NCBI GenBank assembly: GCA_965213675.1
Contig: OZ243916.1
Coordinates: 2,976,001 to 3,040,000, forward strand
Direction: 5' to 3'
Length of the DNA: 64,000 nt
Origin: an uncultured Candidatus Binatia bacterium
GTDB taxonomy: Bacteria > Desulfobacterota > Binatia > UBA9968 > JAJDTQ01
Of this stretch, positions 8,315 through 18,772 are shown in pieces. Numbering within the stretch: the stretch's first letter is position 1; every line of letters starts with the position of its first letter. Below the pieces are notes generated by a model. It saw only the letters and a list, made by a program, of their open reading frames with translations, did no database searches and was not told the DNA's origin. Both the position numbers and the translations under genes were made by a program.

Positions 8315-9772
8315 TCACTGTTTGTTGTCACCGTGTTGGGCTCCGTCCCTTTTCCCACGGCTGCGGAACAGCGACGCCGCCGCGGCCAGGGCGCACAGCA
8401 CTGCGGCGGTCAGGAACACGAGCTGGAAGGCGGTCACGAAGGCGCCCACCTCTCCCAGGTCCGCGTGGGCGACGCGCCAGCGTTCGAACATCAAGCTGGC
8501 GCCGGTGACGCCGAATACGATGCCGGCGGTGCGCATCATCTGGTTGATGCTGCCGGCGACGCCCTGGTGCTCGCGGGGGATGGCGCCCATGACGAAGCTC
8601 ATGTTGGGCACCTGGAAGGTGCCCAGGCCGAGTCCCACCAGGGCCAGGGACAGGGCCGCGGTGGGGTAGTCGGAGCCTGCGTCCAGGCCGCTGGCCAGCC
8701 ACAGGCCCACCGCCTGCACGGCCAGGCCCGCGGAGCTGAGCCCGGCGGTGCCGATGCGGTCGGACAAGCGGCCGGCGAAGGCGGCGGCAAAGATGGTCAT
8801 CACCGCGGGCGCGAAGATGAGGAGGCCGACCACAACCCCCCGGTAGCCCAGGATGTCCACGGCATAGTAGGGGACCAGCAAGCCGATGGGGAACCGGGTG
8901 GCGTTGGCCGCCAGGGTCAGCAGGTTGGCGAGGGTGAAGGCCGGCCAGCGGAACAGGTCGAGGTTGATGACGGGCGCGGCCACCCGCTTCTCGGTGACGA
9001 GGAAGACTACCAGGCTGACCGCCCCGGTCAGCGCCAGCGCGAGTACCTCCGGATCCGTCCAGCCGAGGTCGCGGCTCCGGGTCATGGCCAGCAGCAGCGC
9101 GCCGGCCGCCAGGGTGAGGGTTACGGCCCCCAGAAGGTCGAACCGCTCGCGGGAGGCCGCGCGTTCCACGGATTGCACGCGGCGGGAGGTGAACCAGGCG
9201 ATGACCAGGGCGGGAAGCGCCCGGTAGAAGTAGACGCCGCGCCAGCCGAAGGCGTCCACCAGCACGCCCCCCAGCAGCGGTCCCATGGCGTACCCCGTGG
9301 CCAGGTTCATCTGGTAGAACCCCAGCGCCTTTCCGCGCTCGGCGCCGCTGACGGCCAGGGTCACCAGCGCCGGCGCCGCGCCGAACACCAGCGCCACACC
9401 CACCCCCTGGAGCATCCGCCCCATGAGCAGCCAGGCGAAGGTCTGGGCGGAGCCGCAGACGACGAACGCCACGGCGCTGATCAGGAGGCCGATGGTGAGG
9501 ATGCGCCAGTGGCCAAAGATGTCCGCCAGCCGGCCGCAGCCCAGCAGCAGGCTGGCGTGTGTCAGCACGTAGCTCACCACCACCCACTGGATGGACAACA
9601 GGTTGATGTCGAACGCCGCGGTGATGGCCGGGAACGCGATGTTCACCGACGTGTCCGAAGACGCCAGCAGGCCGCCGAACCCTGCGATGAGCAGCGCCGG
9701 GTTGGACCAGATGCGGGTCGGCGGTGATGCCGAGTCGGACAAGGAACCCCGCCGATCAGGTTGTGCCAACAC
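8315..9772 (-). CDS. MFS transporter (DHA2/EmrB-like)
   Basis: DTSVNIAFP, GRLADIFG, ERFDLLG, many TM segments; start uncertain. Confidence 0.9.
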   Translation of the reverse strand: MLAQPDRRGSLSDSASPPTRIWSNPALLIAGFGGLLASSDTSVNIAFPAITAAFDINLLSIQWVVVSYVLTHASLLLGCGRLADIFGHWRILTIGLLISAVAFVVCGSAQTFAWLLMGRMLQGVGVALVFGAAPALVTLAVSGAERGKALGFYQMNLATGYAMGPLLGGVLVDAFGWRGVYFYRALPALVIAWFTSRRVQSVERAASRERFDLLGAVTLTLAAGALLLAMTRSRDLGWTDPEVLALALTGAVSLVVFLVTEKRVAAPVINLDLFRWPAFTLANLLTLAANATRFPIGLLVPYYAVDILGYRGVVVGLLIFAPAVMTIFAAAFAGRLSDRIGTAGLSSAGLAVQAVGLWLASGLDAGSDYPTAALSLALVGLGLGTFQVPNMSFVMGAIPREHQGVAGSINQMMRTAGIVFGVTGASLMFERWRVAHADLGEVGAFVTAFQLVFLTAAVLCALAAAASLFRSRGKRDGAQHGDNKQ

Positions 9773-9817
9773 TCGTGGGACAGCGGCGTTCCGTAATCGT
9801 CATTCCCGCGGATGCCC

Positions 9818-10636
9818 TCAACCGCAGCGTCCCGCCAGCCACTGTTCCAGCCGCTCGTTGTAGGCCTCGGGCCGCGTGCCGCGCATCATGTGGCCGATGC
9901 CTTCCCAGAACTCGAACACGACCCGCGGCGAGGCGATGCTCCTGAGATGGCCCAGCTCCTGGGCGAGGATGGCGCCGGGCTGCGGCGACACCGTGGCGTC
10001 TCCCACCAGGATCAGCGTCGGCACCTGGATGCGCTGCAGGCGCTCTTCGGACGCCAGCGCCCAGTCCCGGTTGTCGGTCAGGAGCCGTGTCAGGGCGTGG
10101 GGCGAGAAATGGCGGTTGCGGTAGACCTCCCAGTCCTCCTGCTCCGGCGAGAGTCCGCGCTCCCTGGCCTCGGCCCGGATTTCCTCCTCGGGCCGCGCGA
10201 GCCGCGCCAGGGCGCCGGGCAGGGCGGTGACGAAGGCGTGCTGCATGCGCCAGTAGACCGGATCCTCCAGGAAGGCGCGGGAGATGTCCTCGGGATGGTC
10301 CGACGCCAGTATGGTGCCGATGTTGCCGCCCCAGGAATGGCCGGCGTAGGCCGGGCGCTCGAGCTTCAGCTTGGCGATGAGCTGGTGCACGTCTTCGGCG
10401 AAGTCGCGCAGGCGGTAGCCGGTCATGGGCTTGTCCGACTCGCCGTGGCCCCGGAGGTCCGGCGCCACCACGTGGTAGCGGCCGGCGAAGTGCTCGGCCA
10501 CTCCCGCCCAGCCCAGGCTGTAGTTGGTCCAGCCGTGGACCAGCAGCAGGTCCGGGTCCGCGGGGTCGCCCCACTCCCGGTAGTGCATCCGGATGCCCTG
10601 AACCTCGGTGAAGCCGCTTCTGGGGTCTTGGGCCAT
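9818..10636 (-). CDS. alpha/beta hydrolase
   Basis: LLVHGW, PDLRGHGES, GHSWGG nucleophile elbow, GIGH. Confidence 0.9.
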   Translation of the reverse strand: MAQDPRSGFTEVQGIRMHYREWGDPADPDLLLVHGWTNYSLGWAGVAEHFAGRYHVVAPDLRGHGESDKPMTGYRLRDFAEDVHQLIAKLKLERPAYAGHSWGGNIGTILASDHPEDISRAFLEDPVYWRMQHAFVTALPGALARLARPEEEIRAEARERGLSPEQEDWEVYRNRHFSPHALTRLLTDNRDWALASEERLQRIQVPTLILVGDATVSPQPGAILAQELGHLRSIASPRVVFEFWEGIGHMMRGTRPEAYNERLEQWLAGRCG

Positions 10637-10724
10637 GATCGTCCCTCCATGTGCAACGGACGAGGATAGTGATACACGTTTTGGGAAGTTTTGAGCAATT
10701 GGGACGGAACCAAGAGGAGAGGAC

Positions 10725-12218
10725 ATGAGCCCGACCACAGACTCGTTCACGTTGCCGGAAACCACCATTGCGGATATCCACGCGGCCTACGCCGCCGGCA
10801 GCCTCACGGCGCGCCAACTGACGCAGATGTACATCGACCGCATCGAGTCCTATGACCGGGGAGGGCCCCGGATCAATTCCATCATTACCGTGAACCCGGC
10901 GGCGCTCGAGGAGGCGGACCGCCTGGACGCAGCGTTCAAGGGCACCGGGAAGGCGGGGCCGCTCCATGGCATCCCGGTGGTGATCAAGGACCAGGCGGAC
11001 GTGAAGGGGACCCCCACCACCCTGGGCTCCTTGCTGTTCAAGGATTACTACCCGGACCGGGACTGCCGGGTGGTGGAAAAGCTCAAGGAGGCCGGCGCCA
11101 TCGTATTGGCCAAGACCACCCTGGGCGAACTGGGCGCGGGCGACACCCACGGCTCCCTGTTCGGCTCCACCCGCAACCCCTACGACGTGCAACGCACCGT
11201 GGGCGGCTCGTCGGGCGGTTCCGGCGCCGCCGTCTCCGCCAATTTCGGCACCGTCGGGATCGGGCAGGAGGGACTGGCGTCCATCCGCCGGCCTTCCACC
11301 TGGAATTGCATCGCCGGTATGCGCCCCACGGCGGGCCTTGTGAGCCGTAGCGGCGTCTACTCCGGCTGGCCCCAGGAGGCGGGGTCGCTGGGTCCCATGG
11401 CGCGCACGGTCCGGGACATGGCGACGTTGCTGGACGTCATGGTGGGCTACGACGGCGAGGACCCGCTAACCTCCAGGGGGGTGGGACACGTGCCGCCGAG
11501 CTATACGGGTTTCCTGGACGCGGACGGTCTGCGGGGAGCACGGATCGGCATCCTGCGGACACCCATGGGCTACAACACCGACCCCGAGGCGGACGATTTC
11601 AAGAGCATCACCGGGGTCCTCGACAACGCGGTGGAGGAGCTGCGCGCCGCCGGCGCCGAGGTGGTGGACCCGGTGGAACTGGCGCGCCTGAACGAGTTGC
11701 TCGCCAAACGTTGCGCGGATCCCACCGCCGGGGAAAGGGCCTTCGACATCTACATGTCCCGGAGCGCCAACCCACCGTACCGGACCCGCGAGGACGCCAT
11801 GGCGTCGCCGGACTACCCCAGGCTCACGGCGCAGGTGCAGGCGCGCCTGCGCATCACCTCCGACCCCGCGGACCACTACGAATACCTGCTGGCCCGAGAC
11901 CATCTGATGATCCACCTGCTCAAGACCATGGCTGAGCACCGCCTGGACGCCATCGTGCACAAGGCCGTGGAGCACCAGCCCACGCTCATCGCCGACGGCG
12001 TGAAGCCGCCCTTCGTGAACCACAAGGGCGCGCCGCACCTGAACACGTTTCTCGTCTACGTGCCCACGGTCACGGTGCCCGCGGGATTCACCGCCGACGG
12101 CCTGCCTGCCGGCATCAGTTTCCTGGGACGGCCCTACGAAGATGGCCGAATGATCCGGCTGGCCTACGCCTACGAGCAGGCCACGCACCATCGGCGGCCG
12201 CCGGAGAGCACGTCGTAG
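10725..12218 (+). CDS. amidase signature family protein
   Basis: GPLHGIPVVIKD, GGSSGGS, ASIRRP. Confidence 0.92.
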   Translation: MSPTTDSFTLPETTIADIHAAYAAGSLTARQLTQMYIDRIESYDRGGPRINSIITVNPAALEEADRLDAAFKGTGKAGPLHGIPVVIKDQADVKGTPTTLGSLLFKDYYPDRDCRVVEKLKEAGAIVLAKTTLGELGAGDTHGSLFGSTRNPYDVQRTVGGSSGGSGAAVSANFGTVGIGQEGLASIRRPSTWNCIAGMRPTAGLVSRSGVYSGWPQEAGSLGPMARTVRDMATLLDVMVGYDGEDPLTSRGVGHVPPSYTGFLDADGLRGARIGILRTPMGYNTDPEADDFKSITGVLDNAVEELRAAGAEVVDPVELARLNELLAKRCADPTAGERAFDIYMSRSANPPYRTREDAMASPDYPRLTAQVQARLRITSDPADHYEYLLARDHLMIHLLKTMAEHRLDAIVHKAVEHQPTLIADGVKPPFVNHKGAPHLNTFLVYVPTVTVPAGFTADGLPAGISFLGRPYEDGRMIRLAYAYEQATHHRRPPESTS

Positions 12219-12283
12219 GAGATTTCCGACCCCCTCGTCATTCAAAAACTGCGGTCGGAACGAAATGGCAGGGACGCCCCGAA

Positions 12284-12390
12284 TCGTCATTCCCGCGAAA
12301 GCGGGAATCCAGGGGTGGCGAGGAGGGGTTCTACGGTGGTGCCTCCTCCGCCCAACCCCACCTGGATTCCCGCTTTCGCGGGAATGACGA
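12284..12390. repeat. MITE/REP-like element with 30-bp perfect terminal inverted repeats (GTCATTCCCGCGAAAGCGGGAATCC family)
   Basis: 12284-12313 is the exact reverse complement of 12361-12390. Confidence 0.9.
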
Positions 12391-12423
12391 GTAATGGATG
12401 GAACGTCGATGGAAGGAGCCGGC

Positions 12424-13053
12424 ATGCGAGAAAAGAAGAACGCGATCCAGTGGATCTATTCCTCGAAGAACAACACCGAGTTGGAGGAGCGCTACGACGA
12501 GTGGGCCGCTTCCTATGACCGGGACTTGAATGCCGACTTCGGCTGGTTGAGCCCGCGGAAGGCCGTGGATGCCTTCGCCAAACGGGTGCCCCGGCACGGT
12601 CGAATCCTGGACGCGGGCGCCGGCACGGGCATCGTGGGGGAGTTGCTGCACGATGCGGGTTTCGAGTTCCTGGTGGCCATGGACCTGTCACAGGGGATGT
12701 TGGACGAGGCGGCCCGCAAGGGCGTCTACAAGGAGTTCCACCGGATGGCCATGGGTGCCCCCCTGGACTTCCCGCCGCGGACCTTCGACGGTGTCATCAG
12801 CGTGGGCGTTTTTACCGTGGGGCACGCTCCGGCCGGCTCCTTCGACGAGTTGGTGCGCGTGACTCGTCCGGGCGGCCACATCGCCTTTTCGCTTCGCCCG
12901 GACACCTACGAGCAGGACGGCTTCCGGGACAAGCAGTCCTCGCTGGAGGCCGGGGGCAAGTGGCGGCTGGTGGAGGAGGGGGAGAAGTACCAGCCCATGC
13001 CCAAGGGAGAGCCCGACGTGTACCACCAGGTGTGGGTGTACCAGGTGCTGTAG
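12424..13053 (+). CDS. class I SAM-dependent methyltransferase
   Basis: YDEWAASYD, ILDAGAGTG, DLSQGML; GAAGGAG upstream. Confidence 0.9.
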   Translation: MREKKNAIQWIYSSKNNTELEERYDEWAASYDRDLNADFGWLSPRKAVDAFAKRVPRHGRILDAGAGTGIVGELLHDAGFEFLVAMDLSQGMLDEAARKGVYKEFHRMAMGAPLDFPPRTFDGVISVGVFTVGHAPAGSFDELVRVTRPGGHIAFSLRPDTYEQDGFRDKQSSLEAGGKWRLVEEGEKYQPMPKGEPDVYHQVWVYQVL

Positions 13054-13217
13054 GGCGGCGGGTTTCAAGCAGCCGCCCCGCATCCCGCCGTCGGTCGATA
13101 CGCCCGTTCCGGGCTCTCCGCCGTCCGGAGAAATCTTCGCGAATCCCTTGATGCGAAAAGGCCGGGAACGGTATAAGGGACACAAAACAGGGGCTATTCG
13201 AAGGAGGTAGAACGATC

Positions 13218-14336
13218 ATGTCCGGTCAACTCAATACACGCATTATCGACGGCGACGGCCACATCCTGGAGGACAACCCGGGAATCCTCGAGCACATGGA
13301 CGGGCCGTACCGGGACATCGCCGCCAAGAAGGGTATCATCTTCCCGCCCATCGACCATCTGCACGACGGCCGCGCGGTGGAGACGCCGCCGCTCCGGGAC
13401 GGACGCGAGAAGGTCGGCCCTGACGGTTGGCTGAGGTTCCTGGACGACGTGGGTATCGACTGGACGGTGATGTATCCGACCCAGGGGCTGGGCTACGGCA
13501 AGATCGTGAGCCTCGACTACGCCATCGCCGCCTGCAAGGCGTACAACGACTGGACGTACCACACGTATCTGCAGCGCGACCCGCGCTTCAACGCCATGGG
13601 CCTGATCCCCATGCAGGACCCGGAGGAGGCGGCCAAGGAATTGCGCCGCATCGTCACCGAATTGGGCATGATGGGCGCCATGATGCCGTCCAACGGCCTG
13701 CCGCTGCCGCTGGGCGCCAAGGCCTACTGGCCCATCTATGAGGAGGCGGACCGCCTGGGCTGCTGCCTTGCCGTGCACGGCGGCTGCCACGACCGCTTCG
13801 GGCTGGATCAAATGAACATGTACGTGCCCGTGCACGCGCTGGGGCACCCCTGGGGCATCGCCCTCAACTGCGCCAACATCCTCTACAACGGCATATTCGA
13901 CCGTTTCCCCAACGTGCGCATCGCCTTTCTCGAAGGCGGCGTGGCGTGGCTGCTGATGCTGCTGGAGCGGCTGCATGCATCCCACGAAACGCACTTCCAG
14001 TACATCCCTGACGGCGAGTTCAGCATCGGCGAGGATCAGGACCCGGCCAAGATCATCAAGCAGCTCATCGAGGAAGACCGCTTCTACCTGGGCATCGAGA
14101 CCGAGGAACTGACGCTGCCCTTCGCCATCAAGACCGTCGGGCACCGGCCGTTCCTGTACTCCTCGGACTTCCCCCACGAGGTCACCACCCAAAGTTGCAT
14201 CCACGACCTCGGCGAGCTGATGGAGAGCGAGGAGATCACCGGCGAGGACAAGGCCGCCATGCTCTACCGCAACGCGGAGCGGTTCTACAAGCCGGAGGGC
14301 ACGGGCGCGGAAGCCGCCAAGGCGGCCAAGGCATAG
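13218..14336 (+). CDS. amidohydrolase family protein
   Basis: IIDGDGHILE, AFLEGG, SSDFPH. Confidence 0.9.
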   Translation: MSGQLNTRIIDGDGHILEDNPGILEHMDGPYRDIAAKKGIIFPPIDHLHDGRAVETPPLRDGREKVGPDGWLRFLDDVGIDWTVMYPTQGLGYGKIVSLDYAIAACKAYNDWTYHTYLQRDPRFNAMGLIPMQDPEEAAKELRRIVTELGMMGAMMPSNGLPLPLGAKAYWPIYEEADRLGCCLAVHGGCHDRFGLDQMNMYVPVHALGHPWGIALNCANILYNGIFDRFPNVRIAFLEGGVAWLLMLLERLHASHETHFQYIPDGEFSIGEDQDPAKIIKQLIEEDRFYLGIETEELTLPFAIKTVGHRPFLYSSDFPHEVTTQSCIHDLGELMESEEITGEDKAAMLYRNAERFYKPEGTGAEAAKAAKA

Positions 14337-14445
14337 CCGGTTCCACAGGGCTTTCCCGAGCCTGAAGGGGCAGGGCGTAGGTCACGCTCTGCCCCTTTTA
14401 CAATGAACGTACGAGGGCGCGTGACGCCCCGAGAAGGAGAAGCCC

Positions 14446-15531
14446 ATGAACGAATGCCGCGCCGCCGTGGTGGTATCCCACAACGAACCGCTGGAAATAC
14501 AGAAAGTGCCGATCCCCGAACTGGAGCCGGGGGCGCTGTTGGTGCGCATCGATGCGTCCACGATCTGCGGCACCGACGTGCACCGCTGGCACGGCCCCCT
14601 GGGCGGCGGCGACTCGCTGCCCATCATCACCGGGCACGAGCCGTGCGGCTACATCGAGGAGATCAACGGCGAGCGCACCGACATCCTGGGCAAACGGGTG
14701 AAGCCCGGCGACCGCGTCGTGTGGAGCTACGTCGCCTGCGGCCATTGCTACTACTGCACCGTGGCGCTGCAGCCGTGCATCTGCCCGGGGCGGGCCTCCT
14801 GGGGGCACAACCGCAGCGATGAGTATCCTTATCTGCTGGGCAGCGTCTCCGAGTACATGTACGTGCCGCCGCCCTGCGAGATCATCAAGGTGCCCGAAGA
14901 TGTCACCTCGGCGTCCGCGGCCGCCTCGGCCTGCGCCTACCGCACGGTCATGCACGGCTACGACCGGCTCGGCGCCATCAAGAGCCACGAGACCGTGGTG
15001 ATCCAGGGCAGCGGCCCGCTGGGCAACTTCGCCACCGCGGTGGCCAAGGACCACGGCGCCAAACAGGTGCTGGTCATCGGCGCCCCGGCGGCGCGCCTGG
15101 AAGTGAGCAAGCGCATGGGCGCGGACGCGGTGCTGAACCTCGAAGAGGTCACCGACCCCAGGGACCGCCGCCAGTGGGTGCGCGACCACACCGACGGCCG
15201 CGGCGGCGATGTGGTTATCCAGGTGGCCAACAACATGGCTGTGCCGGAGGGGCTGACCCTGCTGCGCGGCGGCGGCACATTCGTCAACATCGGCGCCGGC
15301 GGCAAGGCCGACATCGGCGTACAGAATCTCCCCCAGGAAATGATCCTGCACACCATCCGCTCCGGCGAGCCGCGCCACTGGCTCCAGGCCATCGACTTCC
15401 TCTCCTCGCGCAAGGACACCTTCCCGTTCGAGGAAATGATCAGCGCCGAGTACAAACTGGACCAGGTGAACGAAGCGCTGCAGGCCATGGCGAAGTACGA
15501 GATCGTCAAGGGGGTCATCCACTTCAATTAG
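14446..15531 (+). CDS. zinc-binding (MDR) alcohol dehydrogenase
   Basis: ICGTD, GHE, CGHCYYC, GSGPLG. Confidence 0.92.
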   Translation: MNECRAAVVVSHNEPLEIQKVPIPELEPGALLVRIDASTICGTDVHRWHGPLGGGDSLPIITGHEPCGYIEEINGERTDILGKRVKPGDRVVWSYVACGHCYYCTVALQPCICPGRASWGHNRSDEYPYLLGSVSEYMYVPPPCEIIKVPEDVTSASAAASACAYRTVMHGYDRLGAIKSHETVVIQGSGPLGNFATAVAKDHGAKQVLVIGAPAARLEVSKRMGADAVLNLEEVTDPRDRRQWVRDHTDGRGGDVVIQVANNMAVPEGLTLLRGGGTFVNIGAGGKADIGVQNLPQEMILHTIRSGEPRHWLQAIDFLSSRKDTFPFEEMISAEYKLDQVNEALQAMAKYEIVKGVIHFN

Positions 15532-15711
15532 GAGCTTGCGCCGCGGGAATTCACGCAAGCTTCCAGGGTCGGCCAGCCGGATTGCCTGAACGAGTCTTGC
15601 ACGGGCGGCCGGCTGGTCGCCTCCATCCGTTCGATGGGAATTCGTAATGCGGATACCGGGACTGGCGGGGTCGGACCTTGTATATGGTATTTGCGAGCCA
15701 ACTAACTGATT
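15529..15711 (+). repeat. GGAGCYTGCGCCGC element (supplies the ADH TAG stop), ending in an IHF-like site
   Basis: TAGGAGCTTGCGCCGCGGGAATT...AGCTTCCAGGGTCGG...GGGGTCGGACCTTG; 15699-15711 reverse complement AATCAGTTAGTTG fits WATCARNNNNTTR. Confidence 0.7.
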
Positions 15712-15724
15712 ACAAGGAGATTTC

Positions 15725-16726
15725 ATGCGCACAATCGTGATGGGCACCGGTCCCATTGGGGGCATCATCGGCGGACGTCTGGCCCGGGACGGACAGGACG
15801 TCACCTTCGTGGACGTTGACCGGGAGCACGTCGCCGCCATCCGCGAGCACGGGCTTCAGGTGGACGTGCCCGACGGGGCGTTCAACGTAAAGGCAAACAT
15901 CGTCACTCCGGACGAGATCGAGGGCGCCTTCGACGCGGCGTTCATCGCCGTTCGCTGCAACTACACCCGCGACACGCTGAAGACCGTTGTGCCGCATCTG
16001 AAGGACGGCGCGCTGGTGGTGTCGATGCAGAACGGCATCAACGTCCCGCTTCTGGAGGAGGCGGTGGGCGCGGACCGGTCCGTGGGCATGGGCATCCGAA
16101 TGGGGAGCCGGCGCACGGCCCCCGGACGGGTTCACACCGCGACGCGCGGCCACCTCTACATCGGCCATTCCCACGGCCGCACGACGCCGCGGCTGGAAGA
16201 TCTCAACGCCGCGCTCGATGCGGTGATCCCCAGCGAGATCACCGACAACATCATCGGCGTGCTCTGGAGCAAGCTCACCTACACCTGCTACGGCTATTTC
16301 GGTTCACTGGCCAACAAGTCCATGGTGGAAAGCTGTGCCAGCCCTGACGACCGCCGGCTGCTGGTGGATTTCCTGGGCGAGGTGGTGGCTGTGGGCGCGA
16401 CCGCCGGCGCTCGGTTCATCCCATTGAGAGAGTACAATCCGCCGGACTTGCATCCTGACAAGCCGGTGGAAGCGCGCATGGCGATCGTGAACGGCTACGC
16501 CGAGTCCTGGCGGGACGATGACCTCAAGGGTCCGCTCCGGCAACTGCTGGCGGGGACACGGCTCGAAGTCGAGTTCACCTTGGGCCACGTGGTGCGTGAA
16601 AGCGCCCGGCTCGGATTGTCCACGCCGCTGTGCGATAACCTCCTGGCCATGCTTCTGGATCTGGAAGCCGGCAAGCGCCAACTCGGCCTCGCCAACTACG
16701 CCGAGTTGGCAGCCTGCCGGGCCTGA
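15725..16726 (+). CDS. ketopantoate reductase (ApbA/PanE) family protein
   Basis: GTGPIGG, SMQNG, WSKL. Confidence 0.85.
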   Translation: MRTIVMGTGPIGGIIGGRLARDGQDVTFVDVDREHVAAIREHGLQVDVPDGAFNVKANIVTPDEIEGAFDAAFIAVRCNYTRDTLKTVVPHLKDGALVVSMQNGINVPLLEEAVGADRSVGMGIRMGSRRTAPGRVHTATRGHLYIGHSHGRTTPRLEDLNAALDAVIPSEITDNIIGVLWSKLTYTCYGYFGSLANKSMVESCASPDDRRLLVDFLGEVVAVGATAGARFIPLREYNPPDLHPDKPVEARMAIVNGYAESWRDDDLKGPLRQLLAGTRLEVEFTLGHVVRESARLGLSTPLCDNLLAMLLDLEAGKRQLGLANYAELAACRA

Positions 16727-16740
16727 CCGACGCCCGCCTT

Positions 16741-17091
16741 CGTCATTCCGGCGAACCAAGCGGTGTCAAGACTCCGCTCGACCAGGACTTGGCGCCGCCG
16801 CTCGGTACCCGGCACGGCCGCTCCATAGCGGCACGGATACCCCATACCGTCATTCCCGCGGAAGAATCCAGGGGCAGTGGTGGGGCACTACTGGGGCGTT
16901 TGCCCGCCTCGCCGCCCTTGGTCCCGCCCCCGATCGGGGTCGAGGGCAAGCTTTCGCGGGAATGACGACCCGGGGTATTGGTGGCGATTCTCATCCATGT
17001 GGAGTTTGGCACAGCCTGTGTCGCGGGAATGGCGAATTCGTTACGTTTCCTCATGGCGAGCATTGGCACAGCATTTTTCGCAGGAATGACG
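16741..17091. repeat. cluster of degenerate GTCATTCCCGCG/GGGAATGAC palindromic repeats
   Basis: Arms at 16741, 16848-16967, about 17021 and about 17077; 16929-16967 is the reverse complement of the 40906 copy. Confidence 0.75.
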
Positions 17092-17156
17092 GCGGGAACG
17101 CGTTGCCGTCTAACTGAAATACGGACTTACCTACGGCTAGTGGAGGGATCTGTCAT

Positions 17157-18674
17157 ATGAAGCGCGCCGCGATGGGGTTGTTGGTTGTCGTCCTGTTGGC
17201 GGGCGTGACGGTCTACTGGCTGACGTTCATCCGGGTCACTAACGGCGGGTTGGCCTTCGAGAACAAACTGGCGATCCCCGAGCAGTTGTTCGGCACCGTC
17301 GTGGACGGACGCCGGCAGTTTCAACTGACCGTCGACGAGGGGACCCGGGAGTTCCTGCCGGGCAGGCAAACGCCGACGGCCGGCGTCAACGGCCCGTTTC
17401 TGGGGCCGACGCTGCGGTTGCGTCAGGGTGAGGACGTCGATCTGATCGTCCGGAACGAACTGGACGAGATGACCACCATGCACTGGCACGGAGCGCACGT
17501 TCCCGCCCGCATGGACGGCACGCCGCACCAGAAGATCCAGCCCGGGACATTGTGGACCGCCAGCTTCCAGGTCCATCAACAGGCCGCTCCGCTGTGGTAC
17601 CACCCGCATCCGCACGGCGCCACGGGGCGGCACGTCTATCAGGGCGTCGCGGGCTTCATGTGGATCGACGACGAGAACAGCGAGGCGCTGGATCTGCCCA
17701 AGACCTACGGCGTTGACGACATCCCACTCGTGATCCAGGACCGGCTGTTCGACGAGGACGGTGCGTTTGACTTTGCCATCAACCAAGGCGCCGTTTACGG
17801 CGACACCATGCTGGTCAACGGAACCTGGAGTCCGTTTATCGAGGTCGAGTCACGCCGCATTCGGCTCAGACTGTTGAACGGCTCGAACGCGCGCATCTAC
17901 TACATCGGCTTTGACGACAACCGCGCGTTTCACCAGGTCGCCACGGACGGCGGATTCCTCGAGACCCCCCTCCAAACCGACCGCGTGACCCTCGCTCCCG
18001 GCGAGCGGGCCGAGATCCTGGTGGACTTCAGCGATGGCGCCGGGGCGGTGTTGAAGAGCTACCCGGAAGCCGGGTTGCTGGAGACGATGGAGGCATTCTT
18101 CGGGGGGATCGGCAACGGGCACCTGGAGTTGTTGAAGATCGTTCCCCGGCCGGCAAAGCGCGCATCCCACGCACTGCCGGAGCGCCTCAACACCATCTCC
18201 CGCATCGATGCCTCACAAGCCGCGAAATCCCGGCCGATGGTTTTGGGAGGGCCGATCCAGGGCGCACAGGGAGGACGGTTTGCTGGAGGCGGACCGGGTC
18301 CGGGGCCGCCGATCAACGGCAAGATCATGGACATGGGGAGAATTGATGAGGTGGTGCGGCTGGGAGACATAGAGATCTGGGAAGTGGACAATCGCGGGGG
18401 TCAGGCTCACCCTTTCCACATCCACTTGGTGCAGTTCCAGATTCTCGACCGCAACGGCCAACTGCCCAGCGGCGCCGAGCTCGGCTGGAAGGACACGGTC
18501 CTGGTGCCTGCCGGTGACATCGTCCGGATCATCATGCCCTTCGATCGATATGCCGATCCGGAAACGCCGTACATGTACCACTGCCACATCATGGAACATG
18601 AAGATAACGGGATGATGGGACAGTTCCTGGTAGTGGAAGACCCGGAGCGACTCGCCAACCGTACTGGAGATTAG
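17157..18674 (+). CDS. multicopper oxidase (CueO/SufI-like) with N-terminal membrane anchor
   Basis: HWHG, WYHPH, HPFHIH, HCHIMEHED copper motifs. Confidence 0.93.
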   Translation: MKRAAMGLLVVVLLAGVTVYWLTFIRVTNGGLAFENKLAIPEQLFGTVVDGRRQFQLTVDEGTREFLPGRQTPTAGVNGPFLGPTLRLRQGEDVDLIVRNELDEMTTMHWHGAHVPARMDGTPHQKIQPGTLWTASFQVHQQAAPLWYHPHPHGATGRHVYQGVAGFMWIDDENSEALDLPKTYGVDDIPLVIQDRLFDEDGAFDFAINQGAVYGDTMLVNGTWSPFIEVESRRIRLRLLNGSNARIYYIGFDDNRAFHQVATDGGFLETPLQTDRVTLAPGERAEILVDFSDGAGAVLKSYPEAGLLETMEAFFGGIGNGHLELLKIVPRPAKRASHALPERLNTISRIDASQAAKSRPMVLGGPIQGAQGGRFAGGGPGPGPPINGKIMDMGRIDEVVRLGDIEIWEVDNRGGQAHPFHIHLVQFQILDRNGQLPSGAELGWKDTVLVPAGDIVRIIMPFDRYADPETPYMYHCHIMEHEDNGMMGQFLVVEDPERLANRTGD

Positions 18675-18772
18675 AACTCCGCAGGACAGGTAATCATGGA
18701 GACTTTTGCCCTAGGAGCTACAGTGAAGGCGGGCTGGTGGACAAATTTTACCTATAACCCCATAATATCCGG

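Noticed and set aside
12284-17091. Palindromic repeats as a CRISPR array
   Set aside because: Dispersed and inverted, with no regular repeat-spacer periodicity and no cas genes
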